A stretch of 64,000 nucleotides of DNA from assembly GCA_017398545.1 (NCBI GenBank), contig JAFQFT010000021.1, positions 95,261 to 159,260 of the forward strand, in the 5' to 3' direction. The notes below the pieces were generated by a model. The model did not search any database. It was given only the letters and a program-made list of their open reading frames with translations, and had not been told where the DNA came from. Below, piece by piece: positions 18,272 through 32,627 of the stretch. Position numbers and translations under genes: made by a program. This stretch comes from Bacilli bacterium. Its GTDB lineage: Bacteria; Bacillota_I; Bacilli_A; ML615J-28; CAG-313. Position 1 is the stretch's first letter. Each line of letters starts with the position of its first letter.

Positions 18272-21097
18272 ATGAACAATGACTATATCGTAATTAAAGG
18301 TGCAAGAGAAAATAACCTTAAAAATATTAATTTAAAAGTTCCACGAAATAAACTTGTTGTAATGACAGGTGTATCAGGTAGTGGTAAAACAAGTTTAGCA
18401 TTTGATACAATATATGCAGAAGGACAACGTCGTTATGTAGAAAGTTTATCAGCATATGCTAGAATGTTTTTAGATAATGTTGATAAACCAGATGTTGATT
18501 TAATTGAAGGTTTATCTCCTGCCATCTCAATTGACCAAAAAACAACTAGTAGAAATCCACGTTCAACAGTAGGTACTGTTACAGAAATCTATGATTACTT
18601 AAGACTTCTTTACGCAAGAGTAGGTACTCCTGTATGTCCAAATCATGGAATAGAAATCTCTAGTCAAACAATTGAAGAAATGACTAATAAGATATTTACA
18701 TATCCAGTTGATTCAAAAGTTATTATTCTATCACCGATTGCGGAAAATAGAAAAGGAACTTTTGAAAAAACATTAGAACTACTTCGTAAAGATGGTTACT
18801 CTAAAGTAATTATAGATGATGAACAATATGAACTAGATGAAGAAATCAGTCTTGATAAAAACAAAAAGCATAATATTTTAGTGGTAGTAGATAGAATCAA
18901 AATTAAAGAAGAATCACGTTCTAGAATCTATGAATCACTAGAAGCAGCATGTAGTTTATCAGAAGGTAAGATATATGTAGATATTGAAGATGAAAGACTT
19001 TTATTTAGTGAACACTATTCTTGTCCTCATTGTGGTTTTACAGTAGGAAAACTTGAACCTTCAATGTTTTCATTTAACTCACCACTTGGTGCATGTCCTA
19101 CATGTCACGGACTTGGTGTAGTATTTAAAATGGATTTAGATTCATTAATTGTTGATGAAAATTTATCTATTGCAGATGGAGCAATCCGTTATTTAAAAAA
19201 TATCGTATTCACTGAAAACATTGAATGGCAAACATATAAAAAACTATTTGAAGTATATAATATCGATGTATTTAAACCATATAAAGACCTAACTGACTTT
19301 CAAAAAGAAGTAATACTTTACGGTTCTAAAGAACCAATTAACTATGAAATCCACTCAACTGGTGGTATTACAATGAGAAAGAATAAAATTATTGAAGGTA
19401 TCGCAACACTTATTGAAAGAAGATACTATGAAACATCTTCTTCATTCCAAAAAGAATACTATGGTTCTTATATGAAAGAAGATACTTGTGATACTTGTAA
19501 TGGAAGTCGTCTTTCTGATACAATATTAAGCGTAAAAGTTGGAGGTAAAAATATTCATGAATTTACTGAAATGAGTGTTTTAGAAGCAATTGAGTTTGTT
19601 AATAATTTAAAACTTACTCCAATTAAAGAAAAAATAGGTAAACTAGTATTAAAAGAAATAAAAGTAAGATTAGAATTCTTAAAGAACGTTGGACTAGATT
19701 ACTTAACACTTTCAAGAAAAGCAGGAACACTATCTGGTGGAGAAGCACAACGTATTAGACTTGCAACACAAATAGGATCTCATCTTACAGGTGTATTATA
19801 TGTTCTTGATGAACCAAGTATCGGTCTACATGAAAGTGATAACCAAAAACTAATCGCAACACTTAAGTCAATGCGAGATCTTGGTAATACTTTAATCATT
19901 GTAGAACACGATGAAGAAATAATGCGTGAATGCGACCATATTGTTGATATTGGTCCTTATGCAGGTGTTCATGGAGGTCAAGTTATGGCTGAAGGAACTC
20001 CTCTTGAAGTAGCAAATACCCCTGGATCTATTACTGGAGATTACTTATCTGGAAGAAGAAAAATAAAAGTACCAGAAACGAGACGTCCTGGTAATGGTAA
20101 GTCATTAATTGTAAGAAATGCTCATGCAAATAACCTTAAAAATATTGATGTAGAATTTCCACTTAATAAACTAATTTTAGTAACAGGTGTATCAGGAAGT
20201 GGTAAATCAACACTTGTAAATGATATTTTATATGCATCACTTACAAAAAAGATTTATAAATCTAAAGTTGAAGTAGGTGCACACGATACAATTGAAGGAA
20301 TTGAATCAATTGATAAAGTAGTAAACATTGACCAATCTCCAATTGGTAGAACACCAAGAAGTAACCCCGCAACCTATACTGGCGTATTTGATGCGATAAG
20401 AGATTTATTTGCAGAAACTAAAGAAGCAAAACTTAGAGGTTACACAAAATCACGTTTTAGTTTTAATGTAAAAGGTGGTAGATGTGAAACTTGTGGAGGA
20501 GACGGTCTGCTTAGAATTGCCATGAACTTCTTACCAGACGTATATGTACCATGTGAAGCATGTCGTGGTAAACGTTACAATAGAGAAACACTAGAATGTA
20601 AATATAAAGATAAATCAATTGCTGATGTTTTAGATATGACAATTGAAGAAGCGTATACATTCTTTGAAAATATTCCTACTATTGCACCAAAAATGAAAAC
20701 ATTAGTAGATGTAGGGCTTGGGTACATGAAACTAGGACAAAGTGCAACAACTTTATCTGGTGGTGAAGCTCAAAGAGTTAAACTTGCAAGTGAACTTTAT
20801 AAACGTATTAATGGTAATACAATATATATTCTTGATGAACCAACTACAGGTTTACATCAATATGACATTGAAAGATTAATGCTAATGATAAATAAAATCA
20901 TTGAAGCAGGAGCAACTGCTATTATTATTGAACATAATTTAGATGTTATTAAACTTGCAGATCATATTATTGACCTTGGTCCAAATGGTGGTACCTATGG
21001 AGGGGAAGTTGTCGCAACAGGAACTCCTGAAGAAGTAGCACAAGTTAAGGAATCTAAAACAGGACAGTTTTTAAAGAAAAAACTAAACATAAAATAG
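18272..21097 (+). CDS. uvrA: Excinuclease ABC subunit A
   Basis: Two ABC ATPase modules (GVSGSGKTSLAFDT, GVSGSGKSTLVND), zinc-finger cysteines, LSGGEAQR signatures. Start taken at ATG 18272 after AGAGGTGG; the track starts at 18260. Confidence 0.95.
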   Translation: MNNDYIVIKGARENNLKNINLKVPRNKLVVMTGVSGSGKTSLAFDTIYAEGQRRYVESLSAYARMFLDNVDKPDVDLIEGLSPAISIDQKTTSRNPRSTVGTVTEIYDYLRLLYARVGTPVCPNHGIEISSQTIEEMTNKIFTYPVDSKVIILSPIAENRKGTFEKTLELLRKDGYSKVIIDDEQYELDEEISLDKNKKHNILVVVDRIKIKEESRSRIYESLEAACSLSEGKIYVDIEDERLLFSEHYSCPHCGFTVGKLEPSMFSFNSPLGACPTCHGLGVVFKMDLDSLIVDENLSIADGAIRYLKNIVFTENIEWQTYKKLFEVYNIDVFKPYKDLTDFQKEVILYGSKEPINYEIHSTGGITMRKNKIIEGIATLIERRYYETSSSFQKEYYGSYMKEDTCDTCNGSRLSDTILSVKVGGKNIHEFTEMSVLEAIEFVNNLKLTPIKEKIGKLVLKEIKVRLEFLKNVGLDYLTLSRKAGTLSGGEAQRIRLATQIGSHLTGVLYVLDEPSIGLHESDNQKLIATLKSMRDLGNTLIIVEHDEEIMRECDHIVDIGPYAGVHGGQVMAEGTPLEVANTPGSITGDYLSGRRKIKVPETRRPGNGKSLIVRNAHANNLKNIDVEFPLNKLILVTGVSGSGKSTLVNDILYASLTKKIYKSKVEVGAHDTIEGIESIDKVVNIDQSPIGRTPRSNPATYTGVFDAIRDLFAETKEAKLRGYTKSRFSFNVKGGRCETCGGDGLLRIAMNFLPDVYVPCEACRGKRYNRETLECKYKDKSIADVLDMTIEEAYTFFENIPTIAPKMKTLVDVGLGYMKLGQSATTLSGGEAQRVKLASELYKRINGNTIYILDEPTTGLHQYDIERLMLMINKIIEAGATAIIIEHNLDVIKLADHIIDLGPNGGTYGGEVVATGTPEEVAQVKESKTGQFLKKKLNIK

Positions 21098-21124
21098 AGG
21101 TGTAAACACCTCTATTTTTTTAAT
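21096..21124 (+). terminator. Rho-independent terminator after uvrA
   Basis: AGAGGTGT-AAAC-ACACCTCT hairpin + T-run. Confidence 0.7.
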
Positions 21125-22022
21125 TTATTAACTTTAATTTTCTATTAATATCATCTTTTCTTGCAAGATATGCAGATTCAACAGTTGCACAAGCACTAGC
21201 AAGTCCTAATTTTAGACAGTCTATTGTTTCTTTATTTAAAGAGTGTCCAGCTAAAAATCCTGCAATTAAAGAATCTCCTGCTCCTACAGTACTAATAACA
21301 TTAACATCAATACTAGGTAAATATATTTTTTCTAGACTACTAGAGATATATAAAAGCCCCATTTCACCAAGTGAAACAATAACATTTTTAGCACCAAGTT
21401 TAATAAGTTTACAACCTTCATTATATATATCATTAATTGATTTTAATTTCTTATTACATAATTGTTCTAACTCTTCTTTATTAGGCTTTACTAAGAAAGG
21501 CTTATATTTTAATGTATTTAATAATAAATCTTTTTCTGCATCAACTACAATATTTAAATTGCAATAATCAAGTTTAGAAATTATATATTCATAAACGTCT
21601 CTTCTAACACCACTTGGAATAGACCCAGATATAACTAAATAATCATCTTTTGTTAATCTTTTTAAATAATCAACAATTAAATCAATATGAGAATCATTTA
21701 TAAAAAGACCATTTGTATTAATAGCAGTTTCTTCTTCTGCTTGAATTTTTACATTAATTCTATTAATACCGTTCACTTCTATATTATAATAATTAAACTT
21801 ATAATTATCTAAATCTTCTAATATCTTATCTTTAGTAAATCCTGCAGTTAAAAGTACTGGAATAGATTCTATTTCTAATTCTTTCAATACTTTAGAAACA
21901 TTAATTCCTTTTCCACCGACACGCAGATATTCAGTTTTACTACGATTAATCTTTCCAATCTTTAAATTATCTAATAATACATAATAATCTATTGATGGAG
22001 ATAAAGTTAAAGTATATATCAT
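21120..22022 (-). CDS. PfkB-family sugar kinase (1-phosphofructokinase or tagatose-6-phosphate kinase type)
   Basis: PfkB motifs (GGKGINVS ... GAGDSLIAGF). Confidence 0.7.
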   Translation of the reverse strand: MIYTLTLSPSIDYYVLLDNLKIGKINRSKTEYLRVGGKGINVSKVLKELEIESIPVLLTAGFTKDKILEDLDNYKFNYYNIEVNGINRINVKIQAEEETAINTNGLFINDSHIDLIVDYLKRLTKDDYLVISGSIPSGVRRDVYEYIISKLDYCNLNIVVDAEKDLLLNTLKYKPFLVKPNKEELEQLCNKKLKSINDIYNEGCKLIKLGAKNVIVSLGEMGLLYISSSLEKIYLPSIDVNVISTVGAGDSLIAGFLAGHSLNKETIDCLKLGLASACATVESAYLARKDDINRKLKLIN

Positions 22023-22092
22023 ATAATCACCTCATATATATTATACAACTTTTTAATTAATTTTTTAATAAATTATAGAATTTTTTTATTTT

Positions 22093-22122
22093 TGAAAAAA
22101 GACGTACCCAAAAAAGTACGTC
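22093..22122 (-). terminator. Rho-independent terminator after ligA
   Basis: GACGTAC-N8-GTACGTC hairpin + U-run on the minus strand. Confidence 0.6.
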
Positions 22123-22127
22123 AATTT

Positions 22128-26227
<4,100 letters not shown>

Positions 26228-26230
26228 ATT

Positions 26231-27874
26231 TTACACATTAAATGATGATTTTAAACCTACAATACGGTTAAAAATTAAATCATTCCCTTTCGATTCTTTA
26301 TCTACAGTATAATATCCATTACGAATAAATTGGAATTTATCTTCAGGTAAAACATCTTTTAAGTAATTTTCTACAAAACCGCATTTAACAATCCAAGAAT
26401 CAGGATTGATTTGTTCTTTAAAGTTTTCAGTTGATACTTTTTCATCTTTCATTAAGAAATCATATAAGTTAAATTTAGCTGGAACTGCTGTTGTTGCTTC
26501 AACATAGTGGATAGTTCCATTAGGTTTTCTTTCATTAAAGCCTGATCCTGATTTAGTAGCTGGATCATATGTACAATGAATTTCTAAAATATTACCATCT
26601 TCATCTTTTATAACTTCTTCACATTTAATAAAGTATGCATGCATTAGACGAACTTCAATACCTTTAGATAAACGTTTCCATTTTTTATTTGGTTTTTCTT
26701 CTAAGAAGTCTTCTTTTTCAATATATAGATATTTACCAAACGCCATTTTATGGCTACCTAAAGATTCATTTTCAGTATTGTTTACTGCTTCTACATATTC
26801 TATTTTGTCTTCTGGATAATTAGTAATAACTACTTTTAACGGATCAATAATTGCCATTGGACGAATAGTCTTAAGTTTTAAATCTTCTCTTAAGAAATAT
26901 TCAAGCATACCATAATCAACTGTTGAGTTAATCTTAGATAAACCTGTTGCCATAATAAATTCTTTAATAGCTTCAGGTGTAAATCCTCTTCTTCTTAACC
27001 CCACTAATGTTGGCATTCTTGGATCATCATATCCTTTAACAATGTTATCATCAACAAGTTGTTTTAAATATCTTTTACTCATTAGTGTATGAGTGATATT
27101 TAATCTTCCCCATTCAATTTGACGAGGTTTAGCTTTTACATCACAATTATTAATTACCCAGTCATATAGTGGACGATGGTCTTCAAACTCAATACTACAT
27201 AAAGAGTGAGTGATACCTTCAATCGCATCTTGTAATGGATGAGCAAAATCATACATTGGATAAATACACCATTTATTTCCTGTTTGATGATGTTCAACAT
27301 GCATAATACGATAAATTACAGGGTCTCTCATATTCATATTAGGACTTGCCATATCAATCTTTGCACGTAGTGTTTTTTCGCCATCTTTATATTTGCCATC
27401 TCTCATTTCTGCAAATAATTTTAAGTTTTCTTCAACACTTCTATCTCTATATGGAGAGTTCTTACCAGGAGTTACTACATCACCACGATATGAAGCCATT
27501 TCTTCATGAGTTAAATCACATACGAATGCAAGGCCTTTTTTAATTAAAAGAACTGCTTTTTCATATGTTTCTTCAAAATAACTTGAACCATAATTTACAG
27601 TTTTAGGAGTATAACCTAACCATTTAATATCATTTATAATTGCTTCTACATATTCTGTTCCTTCTTTAGAAGGATTAGTATCATCTAAACGAAGATTGGT
27701 TGCACCACCAAAATATGCTGATAATTCAAAATTATTAATTATTGCTCTTGCATGCCCAATATGTAAGTATGCATTAGGTTCTGGTGGAAATCTTGTTAAG
27801 ATATGGTCAACTACACCATTTTCTAATTCATTCTTCATTATCGTTTTAATGAAGTTTGAATTTTCGTTCATCAT
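26231..27874 (-). CDS. glnS: Glutaminyl-tRNA synthetase
   Basis: [15 protein letters not shown] (GlnRS-type HIGH region) and LMSKR (KMSKS). Confidence 0.85.
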   Translation of the reverse strand: MMNENSNFIKTIMKNELENGVVDHILTRFPPEPNAYLHIGHARAIINNFELSAYFGGATNLRLDDTNPSKEGTEYVEAIINDIKWLGYTPKTVNYGSSYFEETYEKAVLLIKKGLAFVCDLTHEEMASYRGDVVTPGKNSPYRDRSVEENLKLFAEMRDGKYKDGEKTLRAKIDMASPNMNMRDPVIYRIMHVEHHQTGNKWCIYPMYDFAHPLQDAIEGITHSLCSIEFEDHRPLYDWVINNCDVKAKPRQIEWGRLNITHTLMSKRYLKQLVDDNIVKGYDDPRMPTLVGLRRRGFTPEAIKEFIMATGLSKINSTVDYGMLEYFLREDLKLKTIRPMAIIDPLKVVITNYPEDKIEYVEAVNNTENESLGSHKMAFGKYLYIEKEDFLEEKPNKKWKRLSKGIEVRLMHAYFIKCEEVIKDEDGNILEIHCTYDPATKSGSGFNERKPNGTIHYVEATTAVPAKFNLYDFLMKDEKVSTENFKEQINPDSWIVKCGFVENYLKDVLPEDKFQFIRNGYYTVDKESKGNDLIFNRIVGLKSSFNV

Positions 27875-27875
27875 A

Positions 27876-28544
27876 TTAATTTTCTCCTATTTTTCTCATA
27901 TTTTTAATTTTTGTAAATGTTTGATAAAGTGAAATTAGTTTTTGTTCGTCTAAGTCTTTTTCACTTTCATCAAAACATATAATCATTACTAGAATACTTT
28001 TAGTGGACTCTGTTACACTTGTTCTTAAAGTATCACTAGTTGGACATCCAAAAGGTCCTATTTCATCAATATAAACAGGGATATTAGTAACATTTATTAG
28101 TCCTCTATTTATACCTTCATATATATCTTCTTTTTTCCCAAGTCTTATAACTACATCACCAATTAATTTAGAACTATCAACAACACATACACTACGAAGT
28201 GTTTCTACTGATAAGATATTTCCCAAATCAATAACATCACCTAGACGATATAGTTTATTACCTTTAACTATTCTTCTAAGTAATGCCTCACATGCAGGAC
28301 GTGTATGAGAAGGGTCTTTCCCCATTTTTTTATATCCATCACGAGTATTTTTTAGTTTTGGTATTTTAGTTATTTCATCATAGTTATATATATTAGGAAT
28401 TGTTTCATATAATTTTTCTAAATATAGATCTACTTCTTTTGATTTATTCATTGCATCAAAATCATTATCAAATTCTATTTCATATGCAATTACACTAAAT
28501 GAGGGAAGCAAGCATTTTAAATCTTCACTAATTTTGCAGTTCAT
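27876..28544 (-). CDS. B3/4 domain protein (PheT B3/B4-like, tRNA-binding family)
   Basis: Size and conserved block [17 protein letters not shown]...[17 protein letters not shown]. Confidence 0.55.
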   Translation of the reverse strand: MNCKISEDLKCLLPSFSVIAYEIEFDNDFDAMNKSKEVDLYLEKLYETIPNIYNYDEITKIPKLKNTRDGYKKMGKDPSHTRPACEALLRRIVKGNKLYRLGDVIDLGNILSVETLRSVCVVDSSKLIGDVVIRLGKKEDIYEGINRGLINVTNIPVYIDEIGPFGCPTSDTLRTSVTESTKSILVMIICFDESEKDLDEQKLISLYQTFTKIKNMRKIGEN

Positions 28545-30087
28545 TTTCTAAAACACTTATTCTTTCACAAATTGAGTTGTACTTTTCAAGTTCAATTTCT
28601 AAGCTCTTTAATTCTTCTTTTACTCTATTTATTTTAACTTTTAAATCACGAAGATTGTTATATAAAGTTGAAAGTCTTGCTTCAACAAATTCTTTTTCTC
28701 TTAAAACAGTAACTAATTTTATATTACGATGATCTTTTTCAAAGTCTCTAATCGCATCTTTTACTTCACGGAGTTTGATACTTAATTCATTTTTTAATGC
28801 ATTAAGTTCTGAAATACTTTGTGACAATTCACTAATTTCTACACCATGAATACCAGAAAGAAGTTTTTCATCATGAAGTTTTTGTGTATTAGTTAGTTTC
28901 TCACTTACAATTTTATATTGTGCTTCAATTTCTTTTTCTGATGATTTTAATGCATCATATTGTTTATTAGCAATTGTAAAATAAGCATTTTCAGTTATCG
29001 CAAGTGTTGCACTATCTAAATATTCAACAAGTTCATCATAATATTTAGATGCTTCAACATAAGTATTATAATAATTGTTTTCTTTTTCTTTTAAGAAATC
29101 ATAACGTTTTTTATATTTAAGTAATTGTTCTTTTTCTTTTGTTAAATTGTTAAGTTCCATCTGTTTAATTGTTCTTAAATTTTTAAGTGTGTCTTGAGAT
29201 TTTAAATTAGTTGTTCTTTCATTTACAATTTTTTCAACAACATTTGAAATTTCTGCACTGCTTACTTCTTTTAAGCGATGATAATTAACTGTATCTAAAA
29301 TATATTTAATATCTCTTTCTTTAATTATTTCAAACGTTTCAATAAGTTCATTTCTTAAAGTTTCTCTTTGTTTAATTTCATTTAAAATATTTTCCTGCAT
29401 GAAACCAATTTCTTCATTAGTTCTATTTTCTATTTTAGAAAGAATAACTTTAGCATTTTCTTCAATTAAAGTATTTTCTTTAATGATTGCTTCTTCAGTT
29501 TCATATAAAACTTTTTCCATATTACTACATTGGAAACTAAGTGCACGACATTCTAAAATTAATAAATATAACTGATCAGATAACTGCTGCATTACAAATT
29601 CAACATTAGTCATTACTAAACTTAAATCTTCAGTATTTTCTAATGATCTTAAAATTGTTTTATAGTAACCCAGTGTAGCATTTTTTAAGACATCTTGTTT
29701 ACTTAAATACTGACTCTCAACAGCAATGTATTTTGCTTTAAGTTCATTTAATTTAGTTTCATTAGCACGTTTAATTAGTTCTAACTTATTTAACTCTTCT
29801 TGATATTGTGCATTCATAGTTGCGATATCCTGTACTTGTTCTACTTCAAGTGCTAAATTATCATATTCAACTTTTAAAGCATCAATATCATTATCAATTT
29901 GACGAACACGTTTATTTAATATTTCTGTATATTCTTCTAAGTATTTTTTAACAAAGAACTGTTCAATAGTAAGTGTTGATCCTTGAGTTAATTTAAATGC
30001 TTCAAGTTCTATTTTTAATTTACTATTTTCTTTTCTTAGTTCTTCAATTTCTTTTAAGATTATATTTTCAGGACTATTATTTATCAT
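28528..30087 (-). CDS. 519-aa predicted all-coiled-coil protein, function unknown (overlaps groEL stop by 4 nt)
   Basis: Heptad-rich, E/K/L/N-rich, no TM segment. Confidence 0.4.
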   Translation of the reverse strand: MINNSPENIILKEIEELRKENSKLKIELEAFKLTQGSTLTIEQFFVKKYLEEYTEILNKRVRQIDNDIDALKVEYDNLALEVEQVQDIATMNAQYQEELNKLELIKRANETKLNELKAKYIAVESQYLSKQDVLKNATLGYYKTILRSLENTEDLSLVMTNVEFVMQQLSDQLYLLILECRALSFQCSNMEKVLYETEEAIIKENTLIEENAKVILSKIENRTNEEIGFMQENILNEIKQRETLRNELIETFEIIKERDIKYILDTVNYHRLKEVSSAEISNVVEKIVNERTTNLKSQDTLKNLRTIKQMELNNLTKEKEQLLKYKKRYDFLKEKENNYYNTYVEASKYYDELVEYLDSATLAITENAYFTIANKQYDALKSSEKEIEAQYKIVSEKLTNTQKLHDEKLLSGIHGVEISELSQSISELNALKNELSIKLREVKDAIRDFEKDHRNIKLVTVLREKEFVEARLSTLYNNLRDLKVKINRVKEELKSLEIELEKYNSICERISVLENELQN

Positions 30088-31667
30088 ATTAAATTATCCT
30101 CATTTACTATTTGTTTTTCTTTTTTAAATATAATTGCACATTCTGTAGTTAGTACAATTCCTGCAATACTTAAAGCGTTAGTTACTGCTGATATCGCAAC
30201 ATTTGCAGGATCAATAATACCGCTTTCTCTTAAATCAACGATTTGTTTTGTTTTTGCATCAAACCAATGATTTTTATCTATTTTATTAATAATATCATTT
30301 TTATTTACACCAGCATTATCTAAAATTTGATTAAATGGTGCAACAAAAGATTTAATAATAATATCTCTTGCAGATAAGTATTCATTATATGATTTTAACT
30401 CCTCACTAATTTCATATAATACTTTTCCACCACCTTCAATTGTTCCAGAAACCATTGCTGCTTTAGTAGCGCATAAGGCATCTTCAATACGAAGTTTTTT
30501 ATCTTGAAGTTCTACTTCCGTTGCAGCACCTACTTTAATAAGCGCAACACCACCTAGTATTTTAGCAATTCTTTCACGATATTTTTCTTTTTCATAACTT
30601 ATTGTTTCATTATCTAGAAGTGTCTTTAATCCTTCTGCATACGCAACAACTACATCAGTATCTTGTGCCCCATCAATAATTACTGTTTTATTTTGATTGA
30701 TAACAGCTTTAGCACATTTCCCAAGACCTTCAACACCTAAAGCATTTAAATCGTCTCCTTTTGTAGTTGATACAAAAGTTGCACCTGTAATACAAGCAAT
30801 ATCTTTTAAAAGTTGAATTTTACGATCACCAAAACTAGGTGCCTTAGTTACAACAACATTAAATACACCACGAAGTTTATTCATAACTATTGCTGATAAG
30901 ACTTCTTGTTCAATATCATCACAAATAATTAAAAGAGGATTACCTGTCTTCATTGCGTTTTCAAGAAACGGCATTATTTCTTTCATCGATGTAAGTTTCT
31001 TATCTGTTACTAAAACATCAGGATTAATAAGTTCTGCAATTTGTTTTTCTTCATTGTTAGCCATATAACTAGATGCAAATCCACGATCATATGAATAACC
31101 TTTAACAACATCTAAACAAGTATCTAGTCCACGTGATTCTTCAACACTTACTTCACCATCGGGACCAACTTCTTTATATGCTTCTGCAATTAATTTTCCA
31201 ATAAATTCACTTCCACTAGATAATGTTGCAACTTTAGCAAGATCATCTAGTGATTTAATTCTTTCACTTCTTTCTTTAATCTTATCTAAAATAATCGGTA
31301 AATAAAAGTCAAAACCTTCTTTAATATCAACAGGATTAACACCTTTATCTAAATATTCTAACCCATTTAAAATACAACTACTAGATAAGATTACTGCAGT
31401 AGTAGTTCCATCACCTGCTAGATCATTAGTTTTAGATGCAGCTTCAATAATTAATGATGCACCTAGATTTTGATATTGATTAGCAAGAACTACATTTTTT
31501 GCGATAGTAACACCATCATTAATAATTAGTGGTGCACCAAATTCTTGTTCAATAATTACATTTCTACCACGAGGACCAAGCGTAACTTTTACAGCATCAG
31601 CAAGTGTTTTAATACCTTTAGCTATTTCGCCTCTTGCAATGGCACCAAATAATAATTCATTAGCCAT
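30084..31667 (-). CDS. groEL: Chaperonin GroEL
   Basis: N-terminal ...ADAVKVTLGPRGRNVII...FGAPLIINDGVTIAK and overall GroEL colinearity. Confidence 0.9.
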   Translation of the reverse strand: MANELLFGAIARGEIAKGIKTLADAVKVTLGPRGRNVIIEQEFGAPLIINDGVTIAKNVVLANQYQNLGASLIIEAASKTNDLAGDGTTTAVILSSSCILNGLEYLDKGVNPVDIKEGFDFYLPIILDKIKERSERIKSLDDLAKVATLSSGSEFIGKLIAEAYKEVGPDGEVSVEESRGLDTCLDVVKGYSYDRGFASSYMANNEEKQIAELINPDVLVTDKKLTSMKEIMPFLENAMKTGNPLLIICDDIEQEVLSAIVMNKLRGVFNVVVTKAPSFGDRKIQLLKDIACITGATFVSTTKGDDLNALGVEGLGKCAKAVINQNKTVIIDGAQDTDVVVAYAEGLKTLLDNETISYEKEKYRERIAKILGGVALIKVGAATEVELQDKKLRIEDALCATKAAMVSGTIEGGGKVLYEISEELKSYNEYLSARDIIIKSFVAPFNQILDNAGVNKNDIINKIDKNHWFDAKTKQIVDLRESGIIDPANVAISAVTNALSIAGIVLTTECAIIFKKEKQIVNEDNLI

Positions 31668-31668
31668 A

Positions 31669-31908
31669 TTATTCCTCCACTACCGCAAGAACATTTTTTT
31701 CTTCACATAAAAAGTATTCTTGATTATTATATTCTACTTTAATTAAACCTTCTTTAACAAAAATTTGCTTATTAACGAAGTTTACAGTAACACACTCTCC
31801 CTGGGCAATGCACACATAAAAGTCATTATGCTCTTTAGGCATAATAATTATTGAATTTGTATTATTTTCACACTTTAATAATAGATTTTTATTAACTGGC
31901 TTAATCAT
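31669..31908 (-). CDS. groES: Short, divergent GroES-like co-chaperonin (79 aa)
   Basis: Position immediately upstream of groEL, MIKP...LLLK start; mobile-loop region not recognisable. Confidence 0.45.
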   Translation of the reverse strand: MIKPVNKNLLLKCENNTNSIIIMPKEHNDFYVCIAQGECVTVNFVNKQIFVKEGLIKVEYNNQEYFLCEEKNVLAVVEE

Positions 31909-32060
31909 GTGATAGTCCTCCTATTTTATTCTATTATACCACAAAGTAACTTTTATTTCAAGAACATTGTGATGTAAGTTTTTTCACCCTTTTTTTGCAT
32001 ATAATTTAAAACTTATATGGATATTTGATATAATATATATAACAACATTTAAAAAAGATA

Positions 32061-32627
32061 TTGGAGATTGAAATAATGAAGATACTTATGACCTGTTTTG
32101 AACCATTTGGTGGTTTTACTACAAATTCTAGTTATGAAGCCTTAAGAAGATTAAACAATTTAGATATTGACAGAATTAATCTACCAGTTTCATATCCTGA
32201 TGCTTATGTTGTTTTAAGACAATTAATTAAAGAACCTGATTTTATTATCCTTCTTGGAATGGCGGCAACAAGAGAAAAAATCTCTATTGAAGATAGAGCA
32301 AAAAATCTATTAGACTTTAAAATCCCCGATAATCACAGTCAAATAATAAAACAAAGAAAAATAGCTGATGAAGAACAAGATATTTTATATAGTAAAGTTG
32401 ACATTGATAAGATGATTTGTTATTTAAATAAAGATGAGGACTTAGTCTATAAATCAAATGATGCAGGAAGTTATATATGTAATTATATATATTTTAAAGT
32501 GCTTCAAATGCTTGATACACCTAGTATATTTATTCATATACCAAATTATCAAACAGATAAAGAATTTGATAAACTAGAAATTATTTTAAAAGAAATTATC
32601 AATTATATTAAAGGAGAATACAAATGA
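32061..32627 (+). CDS. pcp: Pyrrolidone-carboxylate (pyroglutamyl) peptidase I
   Basis: MKILMTCFEPFGGF... N-terminus and ~190-aa size. Confidence 0.75.
   Translation: MEIEIMKILMTCFEPFGGFTTNSSYEALRRLNNLDIDRINLPVSYPDAYVVLRQLIKEPDFIILLGMAATREKISIEDRAKNLLDFKIPDNHSQIIKQRKIADEEQDILYSKVDIDKMICYLNKDEDLVYKSNDAGSYICNYIYFKVLQMLDTPSIFIHIPNYQTDKEFDKLEIILKEIINYIKGEYK

Noticed and set aside
31909-32060. CIRCE/HrcA operator upstream of groES
   Set aside because: No TTAGCACTC-N9-GAGTGCTAA-like inverted repeat is present in the 150-bp promoter region on either strand.
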